Positions 27,082 to 36,959 of a stretch of 64,000 nucleotides of DNA are shown piece by piece; within the stretch, counting starts at the first letter, position 1, and each line of letters begins with the position of its first letter. The stretch is from Candidatus Gottesmanbacteria bacterium RIFCSPLOWO2_01_FULL_42_22 (GTDB lineage: Bacteria > Patescibacteriota > Microgenomatia > 2-02-FULL-39-11): the NCBI GenBank assembly GCA_001779315.1, contig MFJU01000004.1, forward strand, positions 6,753 to 70,752, given 5' to 3'. The notes below the pieces were generated by a model, which ran no database searches, was not told the DNA's origin, and saw only the letters and a list, made by a program, of their open reading frames with translations. The position numbers and the translations under genes were made by a program.

Positions 27082-28347
27082 TTAAAGAATCAATAATTTC
27101 TCAAATCTCTCTTCGTCTTTGTATGGTCCGATAACGGCCAGGTTTAGAGTCTGTTCTTTAAATATATTTTGGGCGGTTTCCCTTACCTCTTCTGCCGTCA
27201 CTTTATCGACATTTTTCATGATTTCTTCAGGGGTTTTTATTTTGCCTTCCAAAAGTTCCCCCGTGGCGAAAAGTCCGGCTACATTGCGGCTGTCTTCCAG
27301 ATCCAATATCAATTTTCCTTTCAGGTTCTCTTTGGCTTTTTTCAGTTCTTCCGCTTTAACCGGCTCTTTTCCGATTTTGGCAAATTCGGCCAGGATGACT
27401 TTTATGGCATCGTCGATTCTTTTAATATCGACTCCGGCTTGGGTGACGAAATTGCCGACATCGGTGTACATCTCATTGGCTGAGCGGATATAGTAAGCTA
27501 ATCCCCTTCTCTCTCTTACCTCGATAAACAGCCGTGATGACATGCCACCGCCCAAAAGATTGGTCAAAACTCCGAGTTTATAGCGGTCAGGATGGGTCAG
27601 ATTATAGCCCCGGACGCCTATACAAAGATGTGCCTGCTGGGTATCTTTATGGCGAAGAAGAAGTGCCGGCTTTTTTTGCCCGTCACGGAATTTTTCCGGC
27701 TGTTCCGGTTTTTTAGATTGCCATTCTCCGAGATATTTATTGGTCAATTCCCTGGCAGAGCCTTCTATCCCGCCGCTAACAGTTACAATCGTATTGGCAG
27801 GCCCGTAAAAACGGTTCAGGTAGGCGATAAAATCTTCCCTTTTGATTGAGCGGATGACGTCAGGAATACCGGCAATGTCCCGTCCCAGCTTGGTATCGCC
27901 GTAAAGGAGGTTTTCGTACAAATCGGAGATTTTGCGGATCGGCATATCTTCATACATATTGATCTCTTCGATAATGACGCCTTTTTCCCGCTCGATTTCG
28001 GCAGGGTCAAATTTGGAATGCAAAAGCATATCGGACAGGACATCAAAAAGAAGCGGCAGGTGTTTTTGTGCAGCTTTAATGTAATAACCGGTGTGGTCTT
28101 TACTGGTAAAGGCGTTAAATTCCCCACCGATACCGTCAATCAGGGTCGCAATGTCCAATGCCGTCGGCCTTTTTTGGGTACCCTTAAAAGCCATATGTTC
28201 CAAAAAATGCGACAGGCCGTTGATATTTTTCTCTTCGAAGCGTGAGCCTGCAGCTACAGTTATCAGCATCGTTACCGAAGCCACGCCGGGCATGGGGATT
28301 GTCAGGAGGCGCAAACCGTTATCGAGAGTGGTTTTCCGGTAGTCCAT
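27082..28347 (-). CDS. M16-family (insulinase/pitrilysin-like) zinc peptidase.
   Basis: GLSHFLEHMAFKGT is the inverted zincin motif HxxEH, with a downstream Glu. Confidence 0.85.
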   Translation of the reverse strand: MDYRKTTLDNGLRLLTIPMPGVASVTMLITVAAGSRFEEKNINGLSHFLEHMAFKGTQKRPTALDIATLIDGIGGEFNAFTSKDHTGYYIKAAQKHLPLLFDVLSDMLLHSKFDPAEIEREKGVIIEEINMYEDMPIRKISDLYENLLYGDTKLGRDIAGIPDVIRSIKREDFIAYLNRFYGPANTIVTVSGGIEGSARELTNKYLGEWQSKKPEQPEKFRDGQKKPALLLRHKDTQQAHLCIGVRGYNLTHPDRYKLGVLTNLLGGGMSSRLFIEVRERRGLAYYIRSANEMYTDVGNFVTQAGVDIKRIDDAIKVILAEFAKIGKEPVKAEELKKAKENLKGKLILDLEDSRNVAGLFATGELLEGKIKTPEEIMKNVDKVTAEEVRETAQNIFKEQTLNLAVIGPYKDEERFEKLLIL

Positions 28348-28392
28348 AAAAGAATCACATCATAGCAAAAAAAGGCACAGAAGGAAAGGTTT

Positions 28393-29523
28393 TTAAGGAC
28401 TGGCCATATCCGGCTCGGAATAACTGTAAAGGCTTTTGTCAATAATAGTTGATTTATTCCGATTCTTAATGTTAAAGAGAAAAAGATTTCCGTTATCCTC
28501 AAGTACTATTCTATTTCTGTCTCTGCAGGCAAAATCATCACCCATAACGATCAAATTTGGATCATCTAACCTCCAATTAGTTTGATAAATAGCCCTTCTT
28601 TTAATATCAGAGTTTATAGCGGTAAAAAGCATTCTGGGGCCGCAAAATTGGGGATTTTGCGGATTAAATACCGAATTATTTACATCCATTGTAAAATAAC
28701 CGCCAGCTAGCAAATCATGAAACTGCAGATATTTACCTGTATTTCTAAAGGTGCTTCCCTCATCATTGGTATCTATTTCTTGACCTTGAACATAATAAGA
28801 AATAATCTTCCTGTTTGTATCATAGGTAAAGAATTGAGGTTGAGAATTTAAGAAGTTTGCTACAGTCAAAGAAAAGCTGACCAGATCGGGATTATAAGGA
28901 GATATAACAATCTGATAAATATTACTCACCTCCGGCTCCAAACCTGATGCTTGTTTATCTTCTTCCGGCCAATGTTTTGAGGCAAAAATTGACCGGCTGA
29001 TTTTGTTTTTTTGACCCATCATAACTTCCTCTATACCCTGGTTTATTTTCTGCTCTCCTAAAATTTCCGTTAAGCTGTTTTTTACTGTTGTATGCCTCCA
29101 CCTCCATAAACTGTTTCTACTGGAAAAAATCACCCCGCAATTATCATTTTCAACTACAGGATGCTCGGCTTTATCAAGCTGTGTATCCGGAAAAATCTCA
29201 TTTAATCGTATTGGTTCCCTTTCTCTCCACCCTTCTGATAAATCAAAAAGCACTATTTGTGATTTATTCGTGATTTTATTTGTTTCAACAGCAGCCAGTA
29301 ATTCCTGATCACAAATTTCACCTGCCAAAGGAGCTGGTCCTGTGTTTCCCGGAATTACTCCATTCATGGCCAAATCCTCCAGATCAGGAGCAGCCGCCAG
29401 ATAAGCGCAGACCAGAGCGAACATCCCGACAGCTTGTCCCCACCTTCGCCAACTGATTTTTTTTAGTCGGTCCAAAACCCTTAAATTACCATTGTGGGTC
29501 CCGACTTTCCTTTCTGTCTCCAT
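28393..29523 (-). CDS. Membrane-anchored hypothetical protein (376 aa).
   Basis: ORF with an N-terminal signal anchor (AVGMFALVCAYLAAAP). I recognise no domain. Confidence 0.5.
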   Translation of the reverse strand: METERKVGTHNGNLRVLDRLKKISWRRWGQAVGMFALVCAYLAAAPDLEDLAMNGVIPGNTGPAPLAGEICDQELLAAVETNKITNKSQIVLFDLSEGWREREPIRLNEIFPDTQLDKAEHPVVENDNCGVIFSSRNSLWRWRHTTVKNSLTEILGEQKINQGIEEVMMGQKNKISRSIFASKHWPEEDKQASGLEPEVSNIYQIVISPYNPDLVSFSLTVANFLNSQPQFFTYDTNRKIISYYVQGQEIDTNDEGSTFRNTGKYLQFHDLLAGGYFTMDVNNSVFNPQNPQFCGPRMLFTAINSDIKRRAIYQTNWRLDDPNLIVMGDDFACRDRNRIVLEDNGNLFLFNIKNRNKSTIIDKSLYSYSEPDMASP

Positions 29524-29634
29524 AAAAAATACTCCAGGGTATTATAGACTATATTGCGGAATTATCAGCCTATCCGCTGCCTGTTGATCAATAAATTCCC
29601 GGCATCTTGACCATCTGTTTGAGATAGGGCTAGA

Positions 29635-30849
29635 ATGAAATTATTCCCGATGCTTTATTTTTCAGAATTATTCAATAAACAGGTTGCCACAGACAAAGGC
29701 AAAATTTTAGGCCAATTGAAGGATCTTTTTTTCCTTTACGGTGAAATCCCCACCCTTACCATATTGGCCGTTGAGGATAAGGACAGCCGGAAATTAATTC
29801 CGCTCAGTTTCCTTAAAAAAATCAACCATACCTTAACCGTAGCTCATGATTATGAAGCAGTCGAACAGACTGAAAGCGAACTGTCGGTGGCCGGCAATCT
29901 CTTAGACCGGCAGGTGATTGACCTTAAAGGAGACAAAGTCGTGCGTATAAATGATGTCATCATCTCCGAAAGCCCCAATTACTATATTTCCGGGATTGAT
30001 ATTAGCGTCTGGGGGGTCTTAAGAAGACTGGGACTTCTGAAACCGGTTATCAATATACTTCGCCAATTAAAAATTACTGTCCTTCAGGAGGCTCTTTCCT
30101 GGGGAGAGATCCAAAACCTGGAGCTAATGCAGGGGAAAATCCAGCTTAAGGTCAAAGAGGAAAAACTGGCCAAAATCCGTCCCGAGGACCTGGCTGATTA
30201 TCTGCAAACGACCAACATCGATAATATCAAAACTTTTCTCTCAAACCTTAATCTGGAAAAGGCCGCCGAGGTTTTTGCCTCTCTGACCGGTGCCCATCAG
30301 ACCGAACTTATACGCCAATTCAAAGCGGAAATGGCAGCCCGTTTTGTTGATCTTTTAGACCCGGATGAAGCAGTCGATATCCTTCTGACTGTTTCCGAAA
30401 AAAGGAGACAAAGTATTTTAGAGTTTGTCTCTTCCGAAAAAAAAGAGGAACTGTCGCATCTTCTTCGTCACTCCTCCACTCCCATGGGCGAACTGATGAC
30501 TACCGAATATCTGGTCGTCAATTCCAATCTGACGGCTAAAGAAATCATCGATAAAATCAGGCTCGAGACTTCCGACTTTGCCTGCCTTTATGCGGTCTAT
30601 GCATTGAATGAAAAAAGCCAACTCGTCGGCGTCTTTTCCCTCCATGAGCTTTTGATGCAGCCGCCCGATAACCCGGTTTATAAATTCATGGTAGCTAACC
30701 CGGTGACTTTACATCTTTCGACACCGGCCGATATCGCTCTAAATAGGCTGATCAGATACAATCTGTCTGCTCTGCCGGTCATCAATAACCAGAAACACAT
30801 CCTGGGTATGGTCACTTTGGATGATTTGTCCGATTATATAAAAAGATAA
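29635..30849 (+). CDS. Cytosolic Mg2+-sensing module: PRC-barrel-like N-terminus, MgtE N-terminal domain and CBS pair, with no membrane domain.
   Basis: The MgtE_N-like helical region (DLADYLQTTNIDNIKTFLSNLNLEKAAEVFASL...) is followed by two CBS motifs. The ORF ends without TM helices. Confidence 0.65.
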   Translation: MKLFPMLYFSELFNKQVATDKGKILGQLKDLFFLYGEIPTLTILAVEDKDSRKLIPLSFLKKINHTLTVAHDYEAVEQTESELSVAGNLLDRQVIDLKGDKVVRINDVIISESPNYYISGIDISVWGVLRRLGLLKPVINILRQLKITVLQEALSWGEIQNLELMQGKIQLKVKEEKLAKIRPEDLADYLQTTNIDNIKTFLSNLNLEKAAEVFASLTGAHQTELIRQFKAEMAARFVDLLDPDEAVDILLTVSEKRRQSILEFVSSEKKEELSHLLRHSSTPMGELMTTEYLVVNSNLTAKEIIDKIRLETSDFACLYAVYALNEKSQLVGVFSLHELLMQPPDNPVYKFMVANPVTLHLSTPADIALNRLIRYNLSALPVINNQKHILGMVTLDDLSDYIKR

Positions 30850-30876
30850 TTGCACACCCCCCAGGGGTGAATCCCG

Positions 30877-32190
30877 ATGAAATCAGGAACACCTCCGGGG
30901 AATATAAAACATATGAATTCAGTATCAGATATCAAACATAAAATTTGGATTTTCCGCAGGAGAATATTAATTTTCCTGGCAGTCTTTGGACCCGCCACTA
31001 TTGCCGCCATGGCCGATAATGACGCCGCCGGTGTCGCTACCTATCTTCAGGCGGGTGCTAAATTAGGTTATCCCATCCTTTTTATACTGATTATTGTCAC
31101 TATTCTTCTGGCTATTACTCAGGAAATGGGTATACGGTTAGCCATTATAAGCCGCAAAGGTTTAGGTGATCATATAAGGGAGAAATATGGTCTTAAAATA
31201 TCCATTTTCGTCTTTTCCGCGCTTCTTCTGGCAAATCTGGGCACTATCACGGCCGATGTTTCCGCCATCAAGATTATAAGCGAACTTTTTAATCTGCCTT
31301 CTCTGATTACTATCGTTTTTTTGCTAGTCCTTGCCTCACTCTTTGTCGTCAGGGGTAACTACCGCATCAACCAAACTCTGATGCTTTTATCCAGCCTCTT
31401 TTTTCTTACATTTATCTTCTCAGCTGTCAAAGCTAAACCTGACTGGGGCTTGGCTTTGTCCAATCTTTTCTTTCCTCATGGTGTGACTTTCGACCGCACA
31501 TATTTGATTAGTTTCCTGGTCATGGGGATGAGTATCTTGGGCACAACCATCACTCCTTGGGGACAGTTTTTTATCTCCTCATTCTCTTTTGACAAAAATA
31601 TTGATCCGCAAAAACTTAAATATTCCCAACTGGAAACCTATATAGGAGCCTTCCTGACTGATTTCTTTTCCTTCTTCATGATAGTTTCAACTGCAGCCAC
31701 CCTGTTTGTCTACGGCTTGACTATTACCACCGGGGAAGAAGCAGCTTTAGCCATAAAACCATTTGCCGGTCAATTTGCCAGCCTCATTTTTGCCTTCGGG
31801 ATTTTAAATGCCGGTTTTATGGGTATGATCATTATCGCTTTAACCACCGCTTATGCTTTTTCCGAATTCTTTGGGTTTTCAGGCAGTTTGGATGCAGCCT
31901 ACCACCGCGGTAAAATGTTTTACCGGCTATTCCTTTTTCAAATCATCACCGCCTCTCTCATCGTCCTTCTGCCTTCGGTCAACCTTTTCCGGCTTGCTCT
32001 CTTTACCCAAACCATCAATGCCATGATGCTGCCGGCTGTTTTTTATTTTCTGCTTAAATTTACCGCTGATCCCAAAATTATGGGAAAGGAAGTCAACAGC
32101 CCCTTCAAGCACTATTTTGCCCTGATTTCAATAGCAGTCATCCTGCTCGCCTCATTCGCCACACTGCTGGTTGGCATCTTCAACTTATAA
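30877..32190 (+). CDS. NRAMP-family divalent metal (Mn2+/Fe2+) transporter.
   Basis: GPATIAAMADNDAAGVATYLQAGAKLGY aligns with the NRAMP GPGfl.s.ayiDPGn...aGa.fGy motif. It has about 11 TM helices. Confidence 0.7.
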   Translation: MKSGTPPGNIKHMNSVSDIKHKIWIFRRRILIFLAVFGPATIAAMADNDAAGVATYLQAGAKLGYPILFILIIVTILLAITQEMGIRLAIISRKGLGDHIREKYGLKISIFVFSALLLANLGTITADVSAIKIISELFNLPSLITIVFLLVLASLFVVRGNYRINQTLMLLSSLFFLTFIFSAVKAKPDWGLALSNLFFPHGVTFDRTYLISFLVMGMSILGTTITPWGQFFISSFSFDKNIDPQKLKYSQLETYIGAFLTDFFSFFMIVSTAATLFVYGLTITTGEEAALAIKPFAGQFASLIFAFGILNAGFMGMIIIALTTAYAFSEFFGFSGSLDAAYHRGKMFYRLFLFQIITASLIVLLPSVNLFRLALFTQTINAMMLPAVFYFLLKFTADPKIMGKEVNSPFKHYFALISIAVILLASFATLLVGIFNL

Positions 32191-32215
32191 TTCCAATAGG
32201 CTACAATGAATTAAA

Positions 32216-33253
32216 ATGGTTTTAGAACACAAGAAACTGCTGAAAATATTCACCAATCCGACATTGCCGGTCACCAAAGGCCTGGAAATCCTCTCCTCAA
32301 TCCGCCATAAACCAAACAGCAACGCTAAAACTCTGCCGCCGATCGAAAAAATCAAGCATGGAAATAATAATCTGGTAATTTTACGAAATCCGACAGAAGA
32401 AAATATCCGCCACCTTAAAAAAAACTATGGTATACATCCCCTGCATTTAGAAGACATTGTCTCTACAGTCCAAAGGCCGAAAATTGACGAGGAGGAAGAT
32501 TACATCTTTTTTGTCTTCCATTTTCCCCAGTTTAACCCGGAAACCAACCGCATCAACTCCATTGAAGTCGATTTCTTCCTGACAGAAAATGATCTTTTGG
32601 TTATTATTGATACGCAATTCCAAACGATTGAGGAAATTATTCAGAATATTGCCGGAAAAGATAGTGAAAAGAAGAAATATTTTGCCGGAGGGCCCGGCAT
32701 GCTTTTCTACCGTATTCTGGATAATCTGGTCGATTCGATTTTTCCCCTGATTGACCTCTTTGAACGCGGTATTGAAAAAATCGACCGTGAGGTCTTTGCC
32801 GATGACCCAAAAAATGTCGCCGTCCAATTGTCATATTTGCGCAGGAATGTCATTTTTTTCCAAAGCCTGGTCAAACCGGAACTGAATTCCTTTGCTTCCA
32901 TTGAACAGAGTCCCCACCCGTTAATCAATGAAGAACTGAAGACATATTTTTCCAACATTACCGACCACTTGAAGAAAATCTGGGACAGGCTGGAAGATGT
33001 CATCGAGCTTTCCAACAACCTCTCCCAAACCTTCGAAAGCTATCTGTCATTCAAAACCAATGAAACCATCAAGATTCTGACCATGTTTTCGGTTGTCCTT
33101 ATGCCACTGACTCTTCTTTCCGGCATTTACGGCATGAATCTGGCCTTCCTGCCCTTGGCAGAACACCCGCAAGCTTTGACCTATATCACTCTTTCCATGA
33201 TTTCTGTTATTGTCATTATGATCGGCTTTTTCAAATACAAAAAATGGCTCTGA
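32216..33253 (+). CDS. corA: CorA-family Mg2+/Co2+ transporter.
   Basis: A C-terminal two-TM region carries the YGMNLAFLP (GMN) signature. Confidence 0.85.
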   Translation: MVLEHKKLLKIFTNPTLPVTKGLEILSSIRHKPNSNAKTLPPIEKIKHGNNNLVILRNPTEENIRHLKKNYGIHPLHLEDIVSTVQRPKIDEEEDYIFFVFHFPQFNPETNRINSIEVDFFLTENDLLVIIDTQFQTIEEIIQNIAGKDSEKKKYFAGGPGMLFYRILDNLVDSIFPLIDLFERGIEKIDREVFADDPKNVAVQLSYLRRNVIFFQSLVKPELNSFASIEQSPHPLINEELKTYFSNITDHLKKIWDRLEDVIELSNNLSQTFESYLSFKTNETIKILTMFSVVLMPLTLLSGIYGMNLAFLPLAEHPQALTYITLSMISVIVIMIGFFKYKKWL

Positions 33254-33257
33254 TGTT

Positions 33258-33812
33258 ATGAAAAATAAACCTGTCTTAATCGATGAAGTTCTTGACCATT
33301 TGCCCCATCTGATCCGCCTGCGGCTTCCCTGGTTAATGTTAGGACTTTTTATCGCTTTCCTGTCGACCATGTTTGTTTCCCGGTTCGAAGAAATTATTTC
33401 GGAAAATATCAGCCTGGCTTTTTTCCTGCCGATGATTGTTTATATGAGTGACGCTGTCGGCACCCAGAGCGAAACTATTTTCGTGCGGCAACTGCAGATG
33501 GGTAAAATGAATTTAAAGAAATACCTTCTAATGGAGTTTCAGATCGGTTTATTTATGGGCATATTTTTAGGCTCTGCCATATTCGCCGCTGCCTATCTTT
33601 GGTTAAAGTCAATGCCGGTAGCTCTCACCGTTGGTTGGGCGATGTTTACCAATATTCTGATTGCTCCGACCATCGCTGTCGTTATCCCGGAATTTTTATA
33701 CAAAAGGCATTCTGATCCGGCCCTGGGCGCCGGCCCCTTTGCCACCGTCATCCAGGACACCTTGAGCCTAGTCATCTATTTCCTCATCGCCGCATTGATA
33801 ATCCGGGCCTGA
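33258..33812 (+). CDS. mgtE: MgtE transmembrane (channel) domain as a stand-alone protein.
   Basis: It has five TM helices. The C-terminus GPFATVIQDTLSLVIYFLIAAL matches the MgtE GPFiTT.tDi.gl.iYf motif. No N-terminal cytosolic domain is present in this ORF. Confidence 0.65.
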   Translation: MKNKPVLIDEVLDHLPHLIRLRLPWLMLGLFIAFLSTMFVSRFEEIISENISLAFFLPMIVYMSDAVGTQSETIFVRQLQMGKMNLKKYLLMEFQIGLFMGIFLGSAIFAAAYLWLKSMPVALTVGWAMFTNILIAPTIAVVIPEFLYKRHSDPALGAGPFATVIQDTLSLVIYFLIAALIIRA

Positions 33813-33839
33813 CATAACAAACTTAAATCTAATGAGACT

Positions 33840-33868
33840 TGACCTATCATTATTTTTAGATTAAAATA
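33840..33868 (+). promoter_or_regulatory. Sigma70-like promoter (TTGACC-17-TAAAAT) for the AbrB/PIN operon. It implies a leaderless or near-leaderless start.
   Basis: TTGACC is at 33840..33845, with a 17-nt spacer and TAAAAT at 33863..33868, directly abutting the annotated ATG 33869. The second ATG at 33875 would be a leaderless start. Confidence 0.4.
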
Positions 33869-34117
33869 ATGGAAATGCAAAAAATAGTTTCAATCACCAG
33901 CCAAGGTCAATTAACCATTCCTCAATCCATGCTTAAATCACTGGGAATAACAGGCCCGGTTAAAGCCATAATCAGAAAAAAAGAAAATACTTTGTTAGTT
34001 GTGCCGAAAAAAGATTTCTGGTCACTGGCTGGAGTATTAAAATCTGATGTAAAATTATCAGATACCCAATTGAGGGAAGCCCGGGAGGTTTTTTCATCCA
34101 AATGGAGCAGGCAGTAG
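33869..34117 (+). CDS. AbrB/MazE/SpoVT-type antitoxin.
   Basis: The ~80-aa product carries a swapped-hairpin motif (ITSQGQLTIPQSMLKSLGI). It overlaps the downstream PIN gene. Confidence 0.6.
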   Translation: MEMQKIVSITSQGQLTIPQSMLKSLGITGPVKAIIRKKENTLLVVPKKDFWSLAGVLKSDVKLSDTQLREAREVFSSKWSRQ

Positions 34118-34482
34118 ACACCAATATTATCCTCAGATACCTGGTTGGAGACGATAAATTGCAACAGCAAAAGGCCCAAACTATATTTCAAAAAGCTAAA
34201 GATGGGAAAATATCATTAGTCATAAAACCCTTAATTGTGGCGGAGGCTTGCTTTGTGCTGGAATCGTTTTATCAAAGGGGCAGAGAAGAAATTGCCGATG
34301 CTTTCGAAGTCTTCTTATCCCAAAAATGGCTGAAAGTGGAAGAAAGGGAAACATTACTGGCTTTGTGGGATTGGTATAAAAAAAACTTTCATTTCGTTGA
34401 TAGTTATTTGCTCTCCTGGGCTAAATTAAATGCAGGAAAAATAGTCACCTTCGATAAAAAACTACTATCCTCTTCCTCATAG
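34102..34482 (+). CDS. PIN-domain toxin (VapC-like).
   Basis: VDTNIILRYLVGDD (first Asp), ...AEACFVLES and ...FVDSYLLS are present (PIN acidic residues). Confidence 0.65.
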   Translation: MEQAVDTNIILRYLVGDDKLQQQKAQTIFQKAKDGKISLVIKPLIVAEACFVLESFYQRGREEIADAFEVFLSQKWLKVEERETLLALWDWYKKNFHFVDSYLLSWAKLNAGKIVTFDKKLLSSSS

Positions 34483-34582
34483 CCGCCCTGATCATCCAAG
34501 CCTAACTATTGCCTAAGATATCTGTTAAACATCCCATAGTATTTGACTTCCAATCTTAATTCCTCTATACTTCCAGCCTATT

Positions 34583-34819
34583 ATGACAACAAAAAATGAG
34601 TTTAACGATCAAATTAATAAAATATTGCTTATGAAATTAAAAACTCTCATTCTTAAGAATCTAAGAAACGAAGATCTGCCTGAATTTAATGAGCTTGTAA
34701 AACAAAACAACGCAAACATTCTTCTTCAATTCGCTAATTCCAGAATTCCTGATCTGGGTAATCAATTATTTAATGAAATATATAACCTAAAACAACGGTT
34801 AGAAAGCAGTATAAAATAA
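34583..34819 (+). CDS. Small hypothetical protein (78 aa), first gene of an AT-rich two-gene module.
   Basis: The ORF lies 1 nt before the start of the next ORF. Local GC is clearly below the window average. Confidence 0.35.
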   Translation: MTTKNEFNDQINKILLMKLKTLILKNLRNEDLPEFNELVKQNNANILLQFANSRIPDLGNQLFNEIYNLKQRLESSIK

Positions 34820-34820
34820 A

Positions 34821-36392
34821 ATGCTAAATTTAGAACAACAAGAAACTAGACCTAGCTTAACTGGAGAAGAATTGTTAACTGCCAGTCTGGCTCTTGAAAA
34901 ACAATTAGCTCAAATAGATTTATATAGTACTCTTAGGCAATCAGATATCCCAACAGACATTGCTGAAGTTTATGAAAAATTAGGAGCAGAATTAACTCCA
35001 TTGGAGGAAAGAAAATCATCTACTTTCAAACGTCTTGGTCAGGGAATAAAAAGAGAACTTTGGGATAGTACTCTTGGAAGATCTATTGCTGGGACAGTAG
35101 TGATTACAACCATCGGAGAAATCATAAACCAAGGCGGTCCAATAGAAGCATCAGAGGTTTTTATTGCTTTTTATAACAGGTTAGTAGGTTGGGCTGGTGA
35201 AACAATCGAAAATATTGAAGCTTGGCCTATGATTTCAGCTGCTGGTGTAGCTTTGCTCTGGACGCTATTCAGTCCCAAAATCTATGAAATAATTTCTGCA
35301 CGAGACAGTGCAAAAACTGTAAAAACTTTATCACAAGATGCGGAGGCGAGAGAGAAACGCACAGCTGCTTTGCTTTTACATCAGGAAGGAAATGCTGATT
35401 TATTTGGCATAGGACCAAACATCCAGATTGACGTTGGCAAATCTGACCCCTCTGCACTTCTATTGATTGATTTATTTCATAAGTTAGGTATCGAAGTGGT
35501 GACTTATTGGGATCAAAGGAATATTCACTTCGCTCAAAACAAATACTGGGAAAAAACATATAACGATTGGACAAATCGTGAGACATTATTAAGAGGCAAT
35601 GTTCAAGAAAGTCTTTGTTCAATAATTTTAGTTTCCAATGGTGATGATGTCTTTCTATCGTCAAGAATACAAGATCCAACAAGGGAAGCGCAGGATATGA
35701 CCGATAATGAAGCTATTGGTTCGATCAACGCTAGAAATTCTGTCCGTAATAACTTAGGGCTCCCGGCAACGCCGCATATTATGGTCACCAACCCTCAACG
35801 CCTGATCGATATCGATTTGGTTAAAAGTGGAAGTGAATCATTTCATCCTAAAACAGTTGGTCAAGTTATCCGGGAAAAATATCCGAATGTGCATATTATT
35901 GATCCGGATCAATTGATTTTTGAAGAACTGGCTCAATTAGCCTTCAAAGAAAAATCTAAAAAGAATCTCCCCCTTGAATTGATTACTAATTCTGTCAGGG
36001 CATCTGAATATAAAACAAATTTAAGACTAGTAATAAATGAATACAATCAAAAAATCGGAAATGATAAGACAAAAAATATCAGATTTTCCACAAAAAAAGA
36101 CGGTCTAGAAACGTTGAGTATTATTTATGGTTCAACGGATGAAGATACTATAGCCCAACTCGAGACATATAAAGATGATTTTTCTCAAGAAGGTGAACTT
36201 GTAGCCATTATAAACGACCCAGAGAAAGTTGCACGATTACCCGAAGGATCAAAATATATATGTGTCGGTACCGTTATTGCTAAAGCTATATTCAAAAAGT
36301 TTATTGAATTAGTTGCTCAAGGAGCAATTGAATTACCACAGCAAATAACCCTACCCCCAGAACCGGTACAAAATCAAGAATTGGCAGACTAA
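34821..36392 (+). CDS. Hypothetical protein (523 aa), cytosolic, with no recognisable domain.
   Basis: Long ORF in an AT-rich segment, translationally coupled to the preceding 78-aa ORF. Confidence 0.5.
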   Translation: MLNLEQQETRPSLTGEELLTASLALEKQLAQIDLYSTLRQSDIPTDIAEVYEKLGAELTPLEERKSSTFKRLGQGIKRELWDSTLGRSIAGTVVITTIGEIINQGGPIEASEVFIAFYNRLVGWAGETIENIEAWPMISAAGVALLWTLFSPKIYEIISARDSAKTVKTLSQDAEAREKRTAALLLHQEGNADLFGIGPNIQIDVGKSDPSALLLIDLFHKLGIEVVTYWDQRNIHFAQNKYWEKTYNDWTNRETLLRGNVQESLCSIILVSNGDDVFLSSRIQDPTREAQDMTDNEAIGSINARNSVRNNLGLPATPHIMVTNPQRLIDIDLVKSGSESFHPKTVGQVIREKYPNVHIIDPDQLIFEELAQLAFKEKSKKNLPLELITNSVRASEYKTNLRLVINEYNQKIGNDKTKNIRFSTKKDGLETLSIIYGSTDEDTIAQLETYKDDFSQEGELVAIINDPEKVARLPEGSKYICVGTVIAKAIFKKFIELVAQGAIELPQQITLPPEPVQNQELAD

Positions 36393-36459
36393 TATTGCAA
36401 TAAATATTCGTCTCCGCTCATAACTTTTATCTTTTTCATTTGCTTGCTATAATTAACAT

Positions 36460-36795
36460 ATGCGTTTTTTGATTGATCTTCTTATCCGGGCTTTGGTGCT
36501 TCTGTTAACCGCCTATATCGTGCCCGGTTTTAAAATCGGTGATTACACCACAGCAGTTATGGTTGCTCTGGTTTTAGCCCTTCTCAATCTTTTGCTTAAA
36601 CCCATTTTGGTTATCCTGACCCTGCCGGCCACTATCCTTACTCTTGGCCTTTTCATGTTTGTCATCAATGCGATTCTTCTTATTATCGCCTCCCGTTTAA
36701 TTTCCGGCTTTCAAATTGCCGGTTTCGGCACAGCTATCCTGGCCTCAATCGTCATCACCGTCATCGGGAGCCTCCTTAATATCCTCATCAAATAA
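36460..36795 (+). CDS. Four-TM membrane protein of the phage-holin-4-like superfamily (DUF-type).
   Basis: LLTAYIVPGFKI with four hydrophobic helices across 111 aa, a pattern typical of the Phage_holin_4_2 family. Confidence 0.5.
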   Translation: MRFLIDLLIRALVLLLTAYIVPGFKIGDYTTAVMVALVLALLNLLLKPILVILTLPATILTLGLFMFVINAILLIIASRLISGFQIAGFGTAILASIVITVIGSLLNILIK

Positions 36796-36959
36796 GCTAT
36801 AATAGCGGTTCCAGATAAAATATCAAAAAGCAATTGGGCAAAAATGCAACTCCAAAAAGAATTCAGCAGGAACTCCGAAAAAGATTCTATATCAAAGATA
36901 AGGATAAAGCTTATTAAATATGCTTTTAATTCTTTTGGATTAGACTTCGAATTTATAAT

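Noticed and set aside
29524-29634. Possible M-box (Mg2+) riboswitch upstream of the MgtE-N/NRAMP/CorA cluster.
   Set aside because: The intergenic region is only ~110 nt and lacks the multi-helix architecture expected for an M-box. Only a weak TTGACC...TAGAAT promoter-like pair is visible.
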